Shown here: piece after piece, positions 37,675-47,179 of the stretch | Layout: each line of letters opens with the position of its first letter | Position numbering within the stretch: position 1 is the first letter of the stretch | Origin: a virus | Taxonomy: Duplodnaviria > Caudoviricetes | DNA length: 64,000 bases | Virus record (IMG/VR): IMGVR_UViG_3300020704_000001 | Span: 1-64,000 of that record | Reading direction: 5' to 3' (one strand) | Position numbers and translations under genes: made by a program | The notes under the pieces: model-generated | Databases searched by the model: none | The model's input: the letters and a program-made list of their open reading frames with translations, nothing else | What the model was told of the DNA's origin: nothing

Positions 37675-39835
37675 TTATAATACATCTCAGACACAAATTC
37701 TTTCAAGTATATTTACTGATACTGCAAAGATTATTTCTTATGATGCTACAAATAAAATTGCATATTTAGATACTCCTGTCCATGTTTCTTTAGGGTATAA
37801 TGCTGCAATGGGCACAATTACTTCTCATTATAATTTAATTGGTAGTATAACAAATGTTGCCCAAGCTATTTCTTCAGGAACATCTCTTCCAGCATTATCA
37901 ACAGATGAGAATGGAAATTTTGTTGGGATATTTAATGTCCCTTCATCAAAATTCCAAACTGGCACAAAAGTTTTTAGGGTTGATAATAGGACAGTAACTA
38001 CTGATCCAACAACTTCAACTTGTTATGCAGAAGCGTCTTTTACTGCTTCAGGTTTATCGGCTCAATCAAATCAAGCAAACTTTTCTCCTTCTGTTGATTC
38101 AAGTTCAATGAAGTTTACTTCAGTTGCACAAGCTTCACAAACCTTAGTGAATACACTAACAACATATACACCATATGATCCTATAGCTCAATCATTCATA
38201 ATTGATTCAACAAATTATCCTAATGGTGTGTATTTAAAATCAATAAAAGTGTTTTTCTGTACAAAACCTTCTTCTAATATCCCAGTAACTCTGTCTATTG
38301 TTCCAACAGTAAATGGAACACCAAATGGAAGCGCATTAGATTATTCTACCGTAACTTTATCTACAGCACAAGTAAATAATCCAACACCTAATCCACATTA
38401 TCTTGATCCAACAACTTATACAGAGTTTATGTTTCATGCTCCTGTATATATTCAGTCTGGTGTTTTATACGCTTTTGTATTAAAAGCTAACTCTCCAGAT
38501 TATACTGTATATTTGGCTCAACAAAATTCTACTGCAATTCCATCAACAGCTAAACCTTTACCAACAAGTGCAAATCCAACTACTCCAACAAAAGTTGGAG
38601 CTGCGCCATATGTTGGGGCTTTATTTGAATCTCAAAATTCAATTACATGGTCTGCTGATCAAACAAAAGATTTAATGTTTATAATTGATCAATGCGTTTT
38701 TGATACATCTAAAACACCACAAATTAATTTTAATGTTGTACAAGGTCTTCCATTTAGAAAATTAGGAAAAGATGACATTCAACATAAATTAGATGCAAAT
38801 AATGTTTCTAATTTAATAGGCAATTTTTCTGGCAGTTTACGTTCTGATGCGTTTAATATAACAACCACAGATTTTGTTCCAACATCAACTTCAATTGGAT
38901 ATAATTACACTGCAACACTTGCAAATGGTAATGTTCCTGATGGACCATATGGAATCTCTCCAGGAAAATTTGGGTGTCCAACACCATCAAATATCCAATT
39001 AAATGATGGTAAAGGTGAAAGAATTTTATTGGCAGCATCGAACTCATCATTCTCTCTTTCTGCTACATTAACTTCTTCTGATCCTAATGTTAGCCCAATA
39101 GTTTCTGATGATGGTATATCTTTATTTAATTTGAGATATATGATTAATAATATGGGAATACAAAATAATGTTATTGCTATTGCAAATACCGGATATGGAT
39201 ACAATGTGAATGCATTTTCTGTAACAGTAAGTTCTCCTGATATTGGATCAGATATTGCTGTTCTTTCTGCTAATCTTTCAAGTAATGGTACAATTTCTAC
39301 AATTTATTCTGTATATCCTGGTTCTGGATATTTGACAACACCAACAATCTACATTAATGGAACAAATACATATCCAGCTATTGTTACTGTTTCAGGAGAA
39401 ACAAGTCCTCATGGCGGAAATTCTTATGCAAAATATTTTACTAAAAAAGTAATCTTGACTGCTGGGAATGATTCTGGAGATTTAAGAGTATATTATACTG
39501 CATATAAACCAATAGGAACTGGTGTTTATATTTATTATAAAATATTAAGCAGTAGTGATTCTCAAACATTTGATTCTGGAAATTGGCAATTAATGACACA
39601 ATTAACAGGAACAACTTATTCTACATCACAATCTGATTTAATTGAATTTGAATGTGCTCCAGGAGTTAATGGGATAGCGTATAATTCTATTTCATACACA
39701 AATACTAGTGGAACAAATTATACATCATTCATACAATTCGCCATTAAAGTGGTTTTAGCTTCTTCAGATAACACAAATGTTCCTTTCTTATCTGATATCA
39801 GAGCATTAGCATTGCCATCTGGAACAGGAATCTAA
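37664..39835 (+). CDS. C-terminal part of the DUF4815/VrlC-like structural protein
   Basis: DPIAQSF, GALFESQN..TW..Q..DLMF, SPIV, FAIKVVL, DIRALAL. Confidence 0.8.
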   Translation: MSYNYNTSQTQILSSIFTDTAKIISYDATNKIAYLDTPVHVSLGYNAAMGTITSHYNLIGSITNVAQAISSGTSLPALSTDENGNFVGIFNVPSSKFQTGTKVFRVDNRTVTTDPTTSTCYAEASFTASGLSAQSNQANFSPSVDSSSMKFTSVAQASQTLVNTLTTYTPYDPIAQSFIIDSTNYPNGVYLKSIKVFFCTKPSSNIPVTLSIVPTVNGTPNGSALDYSTVTLSTAQVNNPTPNPHYLDPTTYTEFMFHAPVYIQSGVLYAFVLKANSPDYTVYLAQQNSTAIPSTAKPLPTSANPTTPTKVGAAPYVGALFESQNSITWSADQTKDLMFIIDQCVFDTSKTPQINFNVVQGLPFRKLGKDDIQHKLDANNVSNLIGNFSGSLRSDAFNITTTDFVPTSTSIGYNYTATLANGNVPDGPYGISPGKFGCPTPSNIQLNDGKGERILLAASNSSFSLSATLTSSDPNVSPIVSDDGISLFNLRYMINNMGIQNNVIAIANTGYGYNVNAFSVTVSSPDIGSDIAVLSANLSSNGTISTIYSVYPGSGYLTTPTIYINGTNTYPAIVTVSGETSPHGGNSYAKYFTKKVILTAGNDSGDLRVYYTAYKPIGTGVYIYYKILSSSDSQTFDSGNWQLMTQLTGTTYSTSQSDLIEFECAPGVNGIAYNSISYTNTSGTNYTSFIQFAIKVVLASSDNTNVPFLSDIRALALPSGTGI

Positions 39836-39836
39836 T

Positions 39837-40064
39837 ATGTATGTAAAAGTTACTGGAACTAATTTTGTCAGAGATATAAATTCTATGGCAATTATTAATA
39901 CAGATAATAATGAAAAGAATGAATACTATTCAAAACAAAAACTATTAAGTACCCAAAAACAAGAACTAAATAATATTAGATCTGAAATTGACGAAATGAA
40001 AAGTGATGTTTCTGACATAAAACAATTATTGCTACAATTAATGGACAAAGGTTCTCATGGCTAA
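39837..40064 (+). CDS. Conserved small coiled-coil protein
   Basis: VRDINSMAIIN...EIDEMKSDVSDIKQLL. Confidence 0.7.
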   Translation: MYVKVTGTNFVRDINSMAIINTDNNEKNEYYSKQKLLSTQKQELNNIRSEIDEMKSDVSDIKQLLLQLMDKGSHG

Positions 40065-42969
40065 TACAGTTTCTTTATTAAATTACGCTAACACATTTGG
40101 TGATTGGGTTGTTACTACAAATGCATTAGGACTAGAGAATAATACTTTAGCAATTGGTAATTATCGCAAAGCAGCAGGAACATTATATTTAGAGAATGGT
40201 TCTTTAGCTCTCCAGTCTAATGGTAATGTAATTTTTGCTCAACAATTAGCAGTCCAAGGATTTGGATCTTCTCTTTATGTTCAAAATAATGCTGCTGTTG
40301 GCGGTCAAGTATATTTTACAAATACAGCATTATCGTTAACTGCTTCTGGACAAATTTTAGCTAGTGGTCCTGGAACTGGATTGATTGTTGCAAATAATTC
40401 TATATTATCTGGAAATATTAGCATAGCGGGTACAACTGTTGCTGTAGGAAACGTTAGTTTTGCAAATAATTTAGTCGTATCAAAAACAACAAATACAAAC
40501 TTTTTAAATGTATTTACAAACGCTTTTATTGGTAATAGTGCTGCAATAACAAATGGAACATACACAAATACACTTTTAGCGGCAACAAGTGTTACTACAC
40601 CAACAGTATATTCAACAACAATTTTTGCTAATACAGTGCAAGCGTATTTAAGCGTTAATACAGCTTCTGTTAATACAATTTCTCTTTCAGCTAATTCTTC
40701 TATTCTTGGCAATATTCAAGCTAATTCTTGTATAATTAATACTATTCAAGCTAATACATCGATTAATACTGCAAGCATTACTACTTCTTCGTCAATATCA
40801 ACTCCAAGGATTTCTATAAGCTCCACTATTGATGCTAATAATGCATCAGCCTATTTTGGCTCAGTACAATCTGGCCAATTTACTGTAAATGGAAATTTTG
40901 TTATCTTGGGCGCAACAGTATACAATACTAATACTTTTACATTAAGCGCAAATGCAACTACAGCAGTTACAAGTGCTTTTATTGTGAATCGAGGAATAAC
41001 TGGACAAGCTGCAGCACTTAGATGGAATGAACCAAGTAAATATTGGGACATGTTAGATGTTTCTTCTGGTTCGTATTATAAAGTATTAACATCAAATTCC
41101 ATTTCAGATTCTATTACAAGTTCAAGCACAACAAATATTGCTTCTTCAAATGCTGTTTATGTTTTAAATAATACTGTATCATCTAATATTTCTTCATTAT
41201 TTAGTTTAGTATCTACAGTTTATTCTTCAGCAAACTCTGGTATAAAATATATAAATGGAACTTCCGGTTCAGCAATACCATCATCAGGTGTTGTATCATT
41301 TTTAAGTACAAATGGTATAACTGCTACAAGTTCTAGTAACACCATAACATTTAATACCCCTCAAGACATTAGATCTACTGCTTCTCCAACATTTAATTCT
41401 TTAGTATTAACAAATGCTCTTCCAATAGCGTATGGTGGTACTGGTGCAACAAGTTCTTCTGGTGCATTAACAAATCTTCTTCCTGCGTTCACAACTGCTG
41501 GTTATGTTTTGGCGAGTGGCGGTCCAGGAAACTATTATTGGGCAGCTGGCGGAACTGGTGGTGGTGGTAGTGGTAGTGGTACGACTCCAGGAACAACTAT
41601 AAATTCGTCAAGGTTAAGTTATACTGCAGCAAATAGTGTGACACAAGTTTGGACAACACCAGCATTTACAAATACGACACAAGTTAGATCATATATTAAT
41701 GGCGTTCGTCAATTTGAATCGGAATATTCATTAAATCAATCAGCAAATACAATAACATTTTCAGTAGCACCAACTGCTGGTGATTCTATTCTTATTGAAG
41801 TTGATGGGTATTATGTGAGTCCATACTATGCAAATAATATTGCTTTCACAGTTAATAGTTCAATTTCTCCAACAGCAAATACGATCCAATTGGCTATTGA
41901 CCAATTAGTTTCTGTTGCAGCACCAAAAATTTCTCCACAACTTATTGGTACTCCATTAGCTGTTACTGCTCCAGTTGGAGTTAGTAATACAATGATTGCA
42001 ACAACTGGATTCGTATATAATGTATTAAATAATTCAAGTACTGCATTTTTAGGGACATATTTAAATTCTCAGATGCAAGGAACTTTGGCAATAGGAAATG
42101 GTGGTACAGGAACAACTACAGGGACTGGCTCTGGAAATGTTGTATTAAGTACAAGTCCAACTCTTGTGACACCAATTTTAGGGACTCCACAATCTGGAAA
42201 CTTCTCAACTGGAACTTTTACTTGGCCCACATTCAATCAGAATACTACTGGTACTGCTTCTAATATAACATCATATCCATTAAATCAATCAGTTTCTACT
42301 ACAGGCGCTCCAACCTTTGCTAATATTAAAACATCTGACGGAACTTCAACACAATTTGGGGGTTCGGCTACAACTGGGTTTTATATGGATGCCACAAATG
42401 CAGCCATTAGAACAACCTCTGCTGGTAATATCTATATGCAAAATGCTGGTGGAACATCTACTTATGGAACGTTCAATTCGGCAGGATTTAATGGAAACTT
42501 AAATGGTACTTGGTCTCAGCTTCCAGCTGGAACAACAACAAATTTTTACCAAGCAGCTGCACCGACAGGTTGGACACAACGCACAGATTTAAATGACTTT
42601 ATGATGTATATAGTTTCAGGAGCAGGTGGTGGATCAGGTGGTGTGCATTCTCCAATTACTAATAGTGTCGTTCCTGCGCATACACACTCCTTTTCAACTG
42701 GTGCGCCTTCAAACGATCATACCCATTCTGATAATGGTCACACACATAACTACGACCATGGTATGCAACAAACAGTTAACCTTTTTAATGGAGGGTCTTA
42801 TCAAGGGTTTCCTGTAGGACCTGTTGGAACATATACTACAGCCACAGGTTATGCGTCTTTAACTGGACAATCCGCTACTCACACGCATTCAGGTTCAACA
42901 GATAATGGCTCTAGCCAGACTAATTGGTCACCAAAATATTTATCTAATATAATGTGTACCAAAAGTTAA
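40057..42969 (+). CDS. Tail fibre protein 1
   Basis: ANTFGDW N-terminus, GGTG fibre repeats, APTGW collar-like motif, HTH/HxH metal-binding tip motifs. Confidence 0.8.
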   Translation: MANTVSLLNYANTFGDWVVTTNALGLENNTLAIGNYRKAAGTLYLENGSLALQSNGNVIFAQQLAVQGFGSSLYVQNNAAVGGQVYFTNTALSLTASGQILASGPGTGLIVANNSILSGNISIAGTTVAVGNVSFANNLVVSKTTNTNFLNVFTNAFIGNSAAITNGTYTNTLLAATSVTTPTVYSTTIFANTVQAYLSVNTASVNTISLSANSSILGNIQANSCIINTIQANTSINTASITTSSSISTPRISISSTIDANNASAYFGSVQSGQFTVNGNFVILGATVYNTNTFTLSANATTAVTSAFIVNRGITGQAAALRWNEPSKYWDMLDVSSGSYYKVLTSNSISDSITSSSTTNIASSNAVYVLNNTVSSNISSLFSLVSTVYSSANSGIKYINGTSGSAIPSSGVVSFLSTNGITATSSSNTITFNTPQDIRSTASPTFNSLVLTNALPIAYGGTGATSSSGALTNLLPAFTTAGYVLASGGPGNYYWAAGGTGGGGSGSGTTPGTTINSSRLSYTAANSVTQVWTTPAFTNTTQVRSYINGVRQFESEYSLNQSANTITFSVAPTAGDSILIEVDGYYVSPYYANNIAFTVNSSISPTANTIQLAIDQLVSVAAPKISPQLIGTPLAVTAPVGVSNTMIATTGFVYNVLNNSSTAFLGTYLNSQMQGTLAIGNGGTGTTTGTGSGNVVLSTSPTLVTPILGTPQSGNFSTGTFTWPTFNQNTTGTASNITSYPLNQSVSTTGAPTFANIKTSDGTSTQFGGSATTGFYMDATNAAIRTTSAGNIYMQNAGGTSTYGTFNSAGFNGNLNGTWSQLPAGTTTNFYQAAAPTGWTQRTDLNDFMMYIVSGAGGGSGGVHSPITNSVVPAHTHSFSTGAPSNDHTHSDNGHTHNYDHGMQQTVNLFNGGSYQGFPVGPVGTYTTATGYASLTGQSATHTHSGSTDNGSSQTNWSPKYLSNIMCTKS

Positions 42970-43039
42970 TTGATTATTTTATAACATATAATAAACAGCG
43001 AATGTATTAATTATTTAAAACGCTTAATAGGATCACTTA

Positions 43040-43954
43040 ATGACAACTCAAATAAAATCGTCTGTTTTAGCAACTACTGCAGTAACCCAAGGGAGTTATG
43101 GCTCAACGACACTAATTCCATCATTTACTGTTGATGCTCAAGGAAGATTACAATCTGCTACTAACAATACCCCAAGCATTTCTGCATCTTTTATAACTGG
43201 TACGCTAGCAGTCGCTTCAGGAGGTACTGGTGTTACCACTTCTACTGGCTCTGGAAGTATTGTATTAAGTACAAGTCCAACTCTTGTGACACCAATTTTA
43301 GGAACTCCAACTAGCGGTACATTAACTAATTGTACTGGTTATACTTATGCTAATTTAACAGGCACAGTTACTACTTGGAATCAGAGTACTACGGGTAATG
43401 CTTTGACTGCCACAACTGCAGCGTCTTGCTCAGGAAATGCTAGTACAGCAACTACAGCTGCCACGGCAACTACAGCATTAAATTTAAACGGCACTTGGAC
43501 ACAAATGCCAGCTGGTACAGTAACTAACTTCTTTCAGGCAGCAGCGCCAACAGGTTGGACACAAAATAATACTTATACTAACCATATGATGCGAATAGTA
43601 TCAGGTGCAGGTGGTGGTTCAGGCGGTACAATGTCGCCTATTTTAAATAATGTTGTACCTTCACATACACACAGTTTTTCTACTGGCGGAACTTCTAATG
43701 ATCACACACATTATGATTATGGACATACGCATACATACTACCAATACCCAGGTAGTGGTGCACTAACTGGATGGTCAACTCCGGGTGGCGCAGCACAACC
43801 TCAATATAACCCAAATGGTGTTACAGCCACAGGTTATGCGTCTTTAACTGGACAATCTGTTAATCACACTCACTCAGGTTCAACTGATAATGGTTCAAGC
43901 CAAACAAACTGGACTCCACAATACATAGATAATATCTTGTGCTATAAAAACTAA
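43040..43954 (+). CDS. Tail fibre protein 2 (short; tip paralogous to fibre 1)
   Basis: TVDAQGR, STSPTLVTPILGTP, AAPTGW, several HTH motifs. Confidence 0.75.
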   Translation: MTTQIKSSVLATTAVTQGSYGSTTLIPSFTVDAQGRLQSATNNTPSISASFITGTLAVASGGTGVTTSTGSGSIVLSTSPTLVTPILGTPTSGTLTNCTGYTYANLTGTVTTWNQSTTGNALTATTAASCSGNASTATTAATATTALNLNGTWTQMPAGTVTNFFQAAAPTGWTQNNTYTNHMMRIVSGAGGGSGGTMSPILNNVVPSHTHSFSTGGTSNDHTHYDYGHTHTYYQYPGSGALTGWSTPGGAAQPQYNPNGVTATGYASLTGQSVNHTHSGSTDNGSSQTNWTPQYIDNILCYKN

Positions 43955-44082
43955 GGAATAAAAATGAAAGAATTTATTACAGGCTATCAATATGGTGATA
44001 ATATGCGCTTTTCTTGTGTATATGTATTTCCTAATAATCTAGATAAAGATGAAATACACGTACCTCCAAGAACAACTTTAAT
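43919..44082 (+). repeat. Direct repeat copy A (pairs with 46460-46630)
   Basis: Fibre 3' end + SD + first 119 nt of the chaperone gene repeated. Confidence 0.9.
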
Positions 44083-44188
44083 AGCACCGCCCGATTTATC
44101 TGAAAACCAAGATGCCTTATGGGATGGTACAATGTGGTCTGCTGTAGATAAAGAACCTGTTCCACCTAACCCATATGCACCAATATGA
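43964..44188 (+). CDS. Tail fibre assembly chaperone-like protein, copy 1
   Basis: PPRTTLIAPP...WDGTMW motif; follows a fibre gene. Confidence 0.65.
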   Translation: MKEFITGYQYGDNMRFSCVYVFPNNLDKDEIHVPPRTTLIAPPDLSENQDALWDGTMWSAVDKEPVPPNPYAPI

Positions 44189-44313
44189 GCGAAGAAATAA
44201 AAGGCAGTAATATATATCGTTATGCATGTTACACAAAACTTGCTGGAATTACTCCCAGTACAGGAGAGGTAATGGACGAATCAGGTTGTAGTATAAAGGA
44301 AACATATAAATGA
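44185..44313 (+). CDS. Truncated paralogue (42 aa) of the Cys-rich gene at 46838; possibly a pseudogene
   Basis: MSEEIKGSNIYRYACYTKLAGITPSTGEVMDESGCSIKETYK vs CEEIKDAAIHRCVWYTKLAGTNPNTGEVMDEYGC; ATGA overlaps at both ends. Confidence 0.65.
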   Translation: MSEEIKGSNIYRYACYTKLAGITPSTGEVMDESGCSIKETYK

Positions 44314-45563
44314 CGACAGAAGTAGATGCATCAGTCTTAGCACCAACTGCTGTTACCATAGGAACTTATGGTGGCACAGATAGTATCCCATCGTTTACTG
44401 TCGATGCTCAGGGGAGATTAACTTTTGCAGGAAATAATACACCGAGTATACCAACTAGTCAAATTACAGGAACTCTCGGTGTTGCATCTGGCGGTACTGG
44501 TGTTACTACTTCTACTGGCTCTGGAAGTATTGTATTAAGTACAAGTCCAACTCTTGTGACACCAATTTTAGGGACTCCGCAATCTGGAAACTTATCAAAT
44601 TGTACGTTCCCAACACTTAATCAAAATACTACTGGTACTGCTGCAGGTTTAAGTGCTACATTAGCAGTCGCTTCAGGAGGTACTGGTGTTACCACTTCTA
44701 CTGGCTCTGGAAGTATTGTATTAAGTATAAGTCCAACTCTTGTGACACCAATTTTAGGGACTCCGCAATCTGGAAACTTATCAAATTGTACGTTCCCAAC
44801 ACTTAATCAAAATACTACTGGTTCATCAGCATCTGTGACGGGAACTGTTGCCGTAGGTAACGGTGGAACTGGGTCAACAACATTGACCGTTAATAACGTG
44901 CTACTAGGTAACGGCACATCAGCATTACAAGCGGTCGCCCCAAGTACATCGGGCAACGTATTAACATCAAATGGGACAACATGGCAATCAATCGCGCCAA
45001 GTGGTGGCGGTTTCACCAGTATGGTCGTCTTCACAGCATCAGGTACATGGACTATTCCTGCTGGCATTACTAAGGCGAAAGTGACTATCCAAGGGGCTGG
45101 CGGTGGTGGTGCTTCTTCTATCTCTACTTGTCAAATGGCTGGTAATGGCGGTGGCGGCGGTGCGACTATAAAATATGTAACTGGATTGACTCCAACTGGA
45201 ACTGTTGCTTGTACGATTGGCGCTGGTGGCGCTGGTGCCATTAGTGGTGCTACTAATGGTGGTGCGGGCGGGACTACATCTTTTGGCGCTTATTGCTCTG
45301 TAACTGGCGGAGGAGGCGGGGCTTCGTCAGGCATACTTGATCCAGTTTATTTCCAATTCCCGATAGGGTCAGGAGGCGCAGGAACAGGCGGGAATTGGAA
45401 CCTTACTGGATCAAGTATGCCTGGTTATTTCTACACTTACACACCGCCCTCTTTAAACTATATTTCTAGTGGCACTAATCCACTCGGTAGCGGTGGCGCG
45501 GGCAACTATTCAATTGGTACCGGTACTGCTGGAATGTCAGGTTTTATCATGATTGAATATTAA
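44310..45563 (+). CDS. Tail fibre protein 3 with Gly-rich C-terminal domain
   Basis: N-terminus paralogous to fibre 2; FTASGTWTIPAG..GAGGGG...GFIMIEY Gly-rich domain. Confidence 0.75.
   Translation: MTTEVDASVLAPTAVTIGTYGGTDSIPSFTVDAQGRLTFAGNNTPSIPTSQITGTLGVASGGTGVTTSTGSGSIVLSTSPTLVTPILGTPQSGNLSNCTFPTLNQNTTGTAAGLSATLAVASGGTGVTTSTGSGSIVLSISPTLVTPILGTPQSGNLSNCTFPTLNQNTTGSSASVTGTVAVGNGGTGSTTLTVNNVLLGNGTSALQAVAPSTSGNVLTSNGTTWQSIAPSGGGFTSMVVFTASGTWTIPAGITKAKVTIQGAGGGGASSISTCQMAGNGGGGGATIKYVTGLTPTGTVACTIGAGGAGAISGATNGGAGGTTSFGAYCSVTGGGGGASSGILDPVYFQFPIGSGGAGTGGNWNLTGSSMPGYFYTYTPPSLNYISSGTNPLGSGGAGNYSIGTGTAGMSGFIMIEY
44493..44822 (+). repeat. Intragenic repeat, 186 nt period (62 aa)
   Basis: 44493-44636 nearly identical to 44679-44822. 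Confidence 0.9.
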
Positions 45564-45576
45564 GGAGAAAATATAA

Positions 45577-45828
45577 ATGAAAGCATTAATAAGCCCTATT
45601 GAACCTGTAAACAATTCTGACGGCACAACGGGCTATCGAGTTGCACAAGTTGAAGAAATAACTTTTGATGTAGCTGAACCATTATATTGGCTTGACTGCG
45701 ATGCCAACGTGATAGCAGATATTTACTATTTTGATACTACATCTAATAATATATTAAAAAAGCCTGTTATTGCTCATACTAATGTATCAGGCACACAACC
45801 AATATCAACTGGAACACAGGCATTCTAA
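45577..45828 (+). CDS. Hypothetical fibre-associated protein
   Basis: AAGGAG SD; MKALISP..YRVAQV..FDVAEPLYWLDC. Confidence 0.6.
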   Translation: MKALISPIEPVNNSDGTTGYRVAQVEEITFDVAEPLYWLDCDANVIADIYYFDTTSNNILKKPVIAHTNVSGTQPISTGTQAF

Positions 45829-46112
45829 TGGATATTTTGATACTGCCCCCAGCGCATAGCCTAACTTATGACGGTGCAACACTAAACATTTATCATGCCA
45901 ACAAGGGTGAGGGATTGCCGCATCATGTTCACACGTTTAGTCACGCAACCATGTGTCATTCAGGGTCAATCATTGTCCGTAAGGAGGGCAAAGAAATGAT
46001 AGTTACTAAAGAAACTCAACCTATAAATCTTACTGCTAATGAATGGCATGAAATTGAAGCATTAGAAGATAATACAGTGTTCTGTAATATGTTCTCTGAA
46101 GAAAAATATTAA
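45828..46112 (+). CDS. Cupin-fold protein
   Basis: GEGLPHHVHTFSHATMCHSG ... WHEIEALEDNTVF. Confidence 0.8.
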   Translation: MDILILPPAHSLTYDGATLNIYHANKGEGLPHHVHTFSHATMCHSGSIIVRKEGKEMIVTKETQPINLTANEWHEIEALEDNTVFCNMFSEEKY

Positions 46113-46187
46113 AACACAATCCGTACCAAAAGTAAAGAGCGAATACCATACCAATAACAACCATAACAACCACCATAGGAAAATAAA

Positions 46188-46451
46188 ATGAAATTATTAC
46201 AAAATATAGGTAAGTTCTTTAAAGACTTATTCCGTCAATCTTTACAAGCACAATTAGCAATTTTAGTTCCAATTGCTCAAGGTGTTGTTACTAAGATTGA
46301 ATCAGATCCAACTATCATTGTTGATGCTGGTAAACAAGAAACTGCGTTTTCACTTGTACTTGCTGAATTGTCTGCGAAAGAATTGCAATTTTTACCTAGA
46401 ATAATTAACTTGGCGATTGAAATTGCTGTCGTTGATTTAAAAGGAGCCTAA
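46188..46451 (+). CDS. Hypothetical protein
   Basis: 87 aa ORF, AGGA SD. Confidence 0.55.
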   Translation: MKLLQNIGKFFKDLFRQSLQAQLAILVPIAQGVVTKIESDPTIIVDAGKQETAFSLVLAELSAKELQFLPRIINLAIEIAVVDLKGA

Positions 46452-46459
46452 ATTGTTGA

Positions 46460-46630
46460 CAATATATAGATAATATCTTGTGCTATAAAAACTAAAAATC
46501 AAGGAATAAAAATGAAAGAATTTATTACAGGCTATCAATATGGTGATAATATGCGCTTTTCTTGTGTATATGTATTTCCTAATAATCTAGATAAAGATGA
46601 AATACACGTACCTCCAAGAACAACTTTAAT
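46460..46630 (+). repeat. Direct repeat copy B, including an orphan fibre 3' end (QYIDNILCYKN-stop)
   Basis: Matches 43919-44082 with one substitution and a short insertion. Confidence 0.9.
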
Positions 46631-46805
46631 TGCTCCACCAAGTAATATTGCCCCTGGAAAAGAAGCAATGTGGACAGGAGAAACTTGGGTTATTGTAGCT
46701 ACAGAACCTTTACCTGCAAATCCACATATTGTTGAAGTCCCATCTGTTGAAGTCCCATCTATTGTTGAAGAAATAGCAAATACACCAAACATTAGCGCAG
46801 TATAA
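46512..46805 (+). CDS. Tail fibre assembly chaperone-like protein, copy 2
   Basis: First 43 aa identical to the 43964 ORF. Confidence 0.65.
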   Translation: MKEFITGYQYGDNMRFSCVYVFPNNLDKDEIHVPPRTTLIAPPSNIAPGKEAMWTGETWVIVATEPLPANPHIVEVPSVEVPSIVEEIANTPNISAV

Positions 46806-46808
46806 ATA
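46801..46808 (+). promoter_or_regulatory. Late promoter TATAAATA
   Basis: Exact consensus upstream of the 46838 gene and neck operon. Confidence 0.75.
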
Positions 46809-46837
46809 CTAATTATTAATTGACTGAGGTTTATATT

Positions 46838-47149
46838 ATGGATATTAAAACAATTTTAACTTGCCCATTGGGTGCGAAATGTGAAGAAATTAAAGATGCA
46901 GCAATTCATCGCTGTGTTTGGTATACAAAACTTGCAGGAACTAACCCAAATACTGGGGAAGTAATGGACGAATATGGTTGTGCGATGACATGGATCCCTG
47001 TTTTATTGATTGAAAATTCAATGCAACAAAGAAGTACAAGTTCAGCTGTAGAATCTTTCCGTAACGAAATGGTTCAAAGTAATGAAATGAATCAACAAAT
47101 TTTATTATCTGCAGCAACGGTAAACCAGAAATTAATAAGTAATAGTTAA
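46838..47149 (+). CDS. Conserved Cys-rich phage protein found next to fibre genes
   Basis: CPLG..C...CVWY..G.NP.TG...D..GC..W.P.LLIENS...AVESFRNEMV. Confidence 0.65.
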   Translation: MDIKTILTCPLGAKCEEIKDAAIHRCVWYTKLAGTNPNTGEVMDEYGCAMTWIPVLLIENSMQQRSTSSAVESFRNEMVQSNEMNQQILLSAATVNQKLISNS

Positions 47150-47179
47150 GATGTTAAATTAATAATCTAGGAGAATAAA

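Noticed and set aside
46140-46770. Short repeats (CCATAACAA in the 46150-46175 spacer; VEVPS twice at ~46730-46765)
   Set aside because: Too short and low in complexity to support a function; likely slippage.
40057-46805. Diversity-generating retroelement or invertase shufflon acting on the fibre tips
   Set aside because: No reverse transcriptase or recombinase in the window; repeat differences are not adenine-specific; repeats are direct, not inverted.
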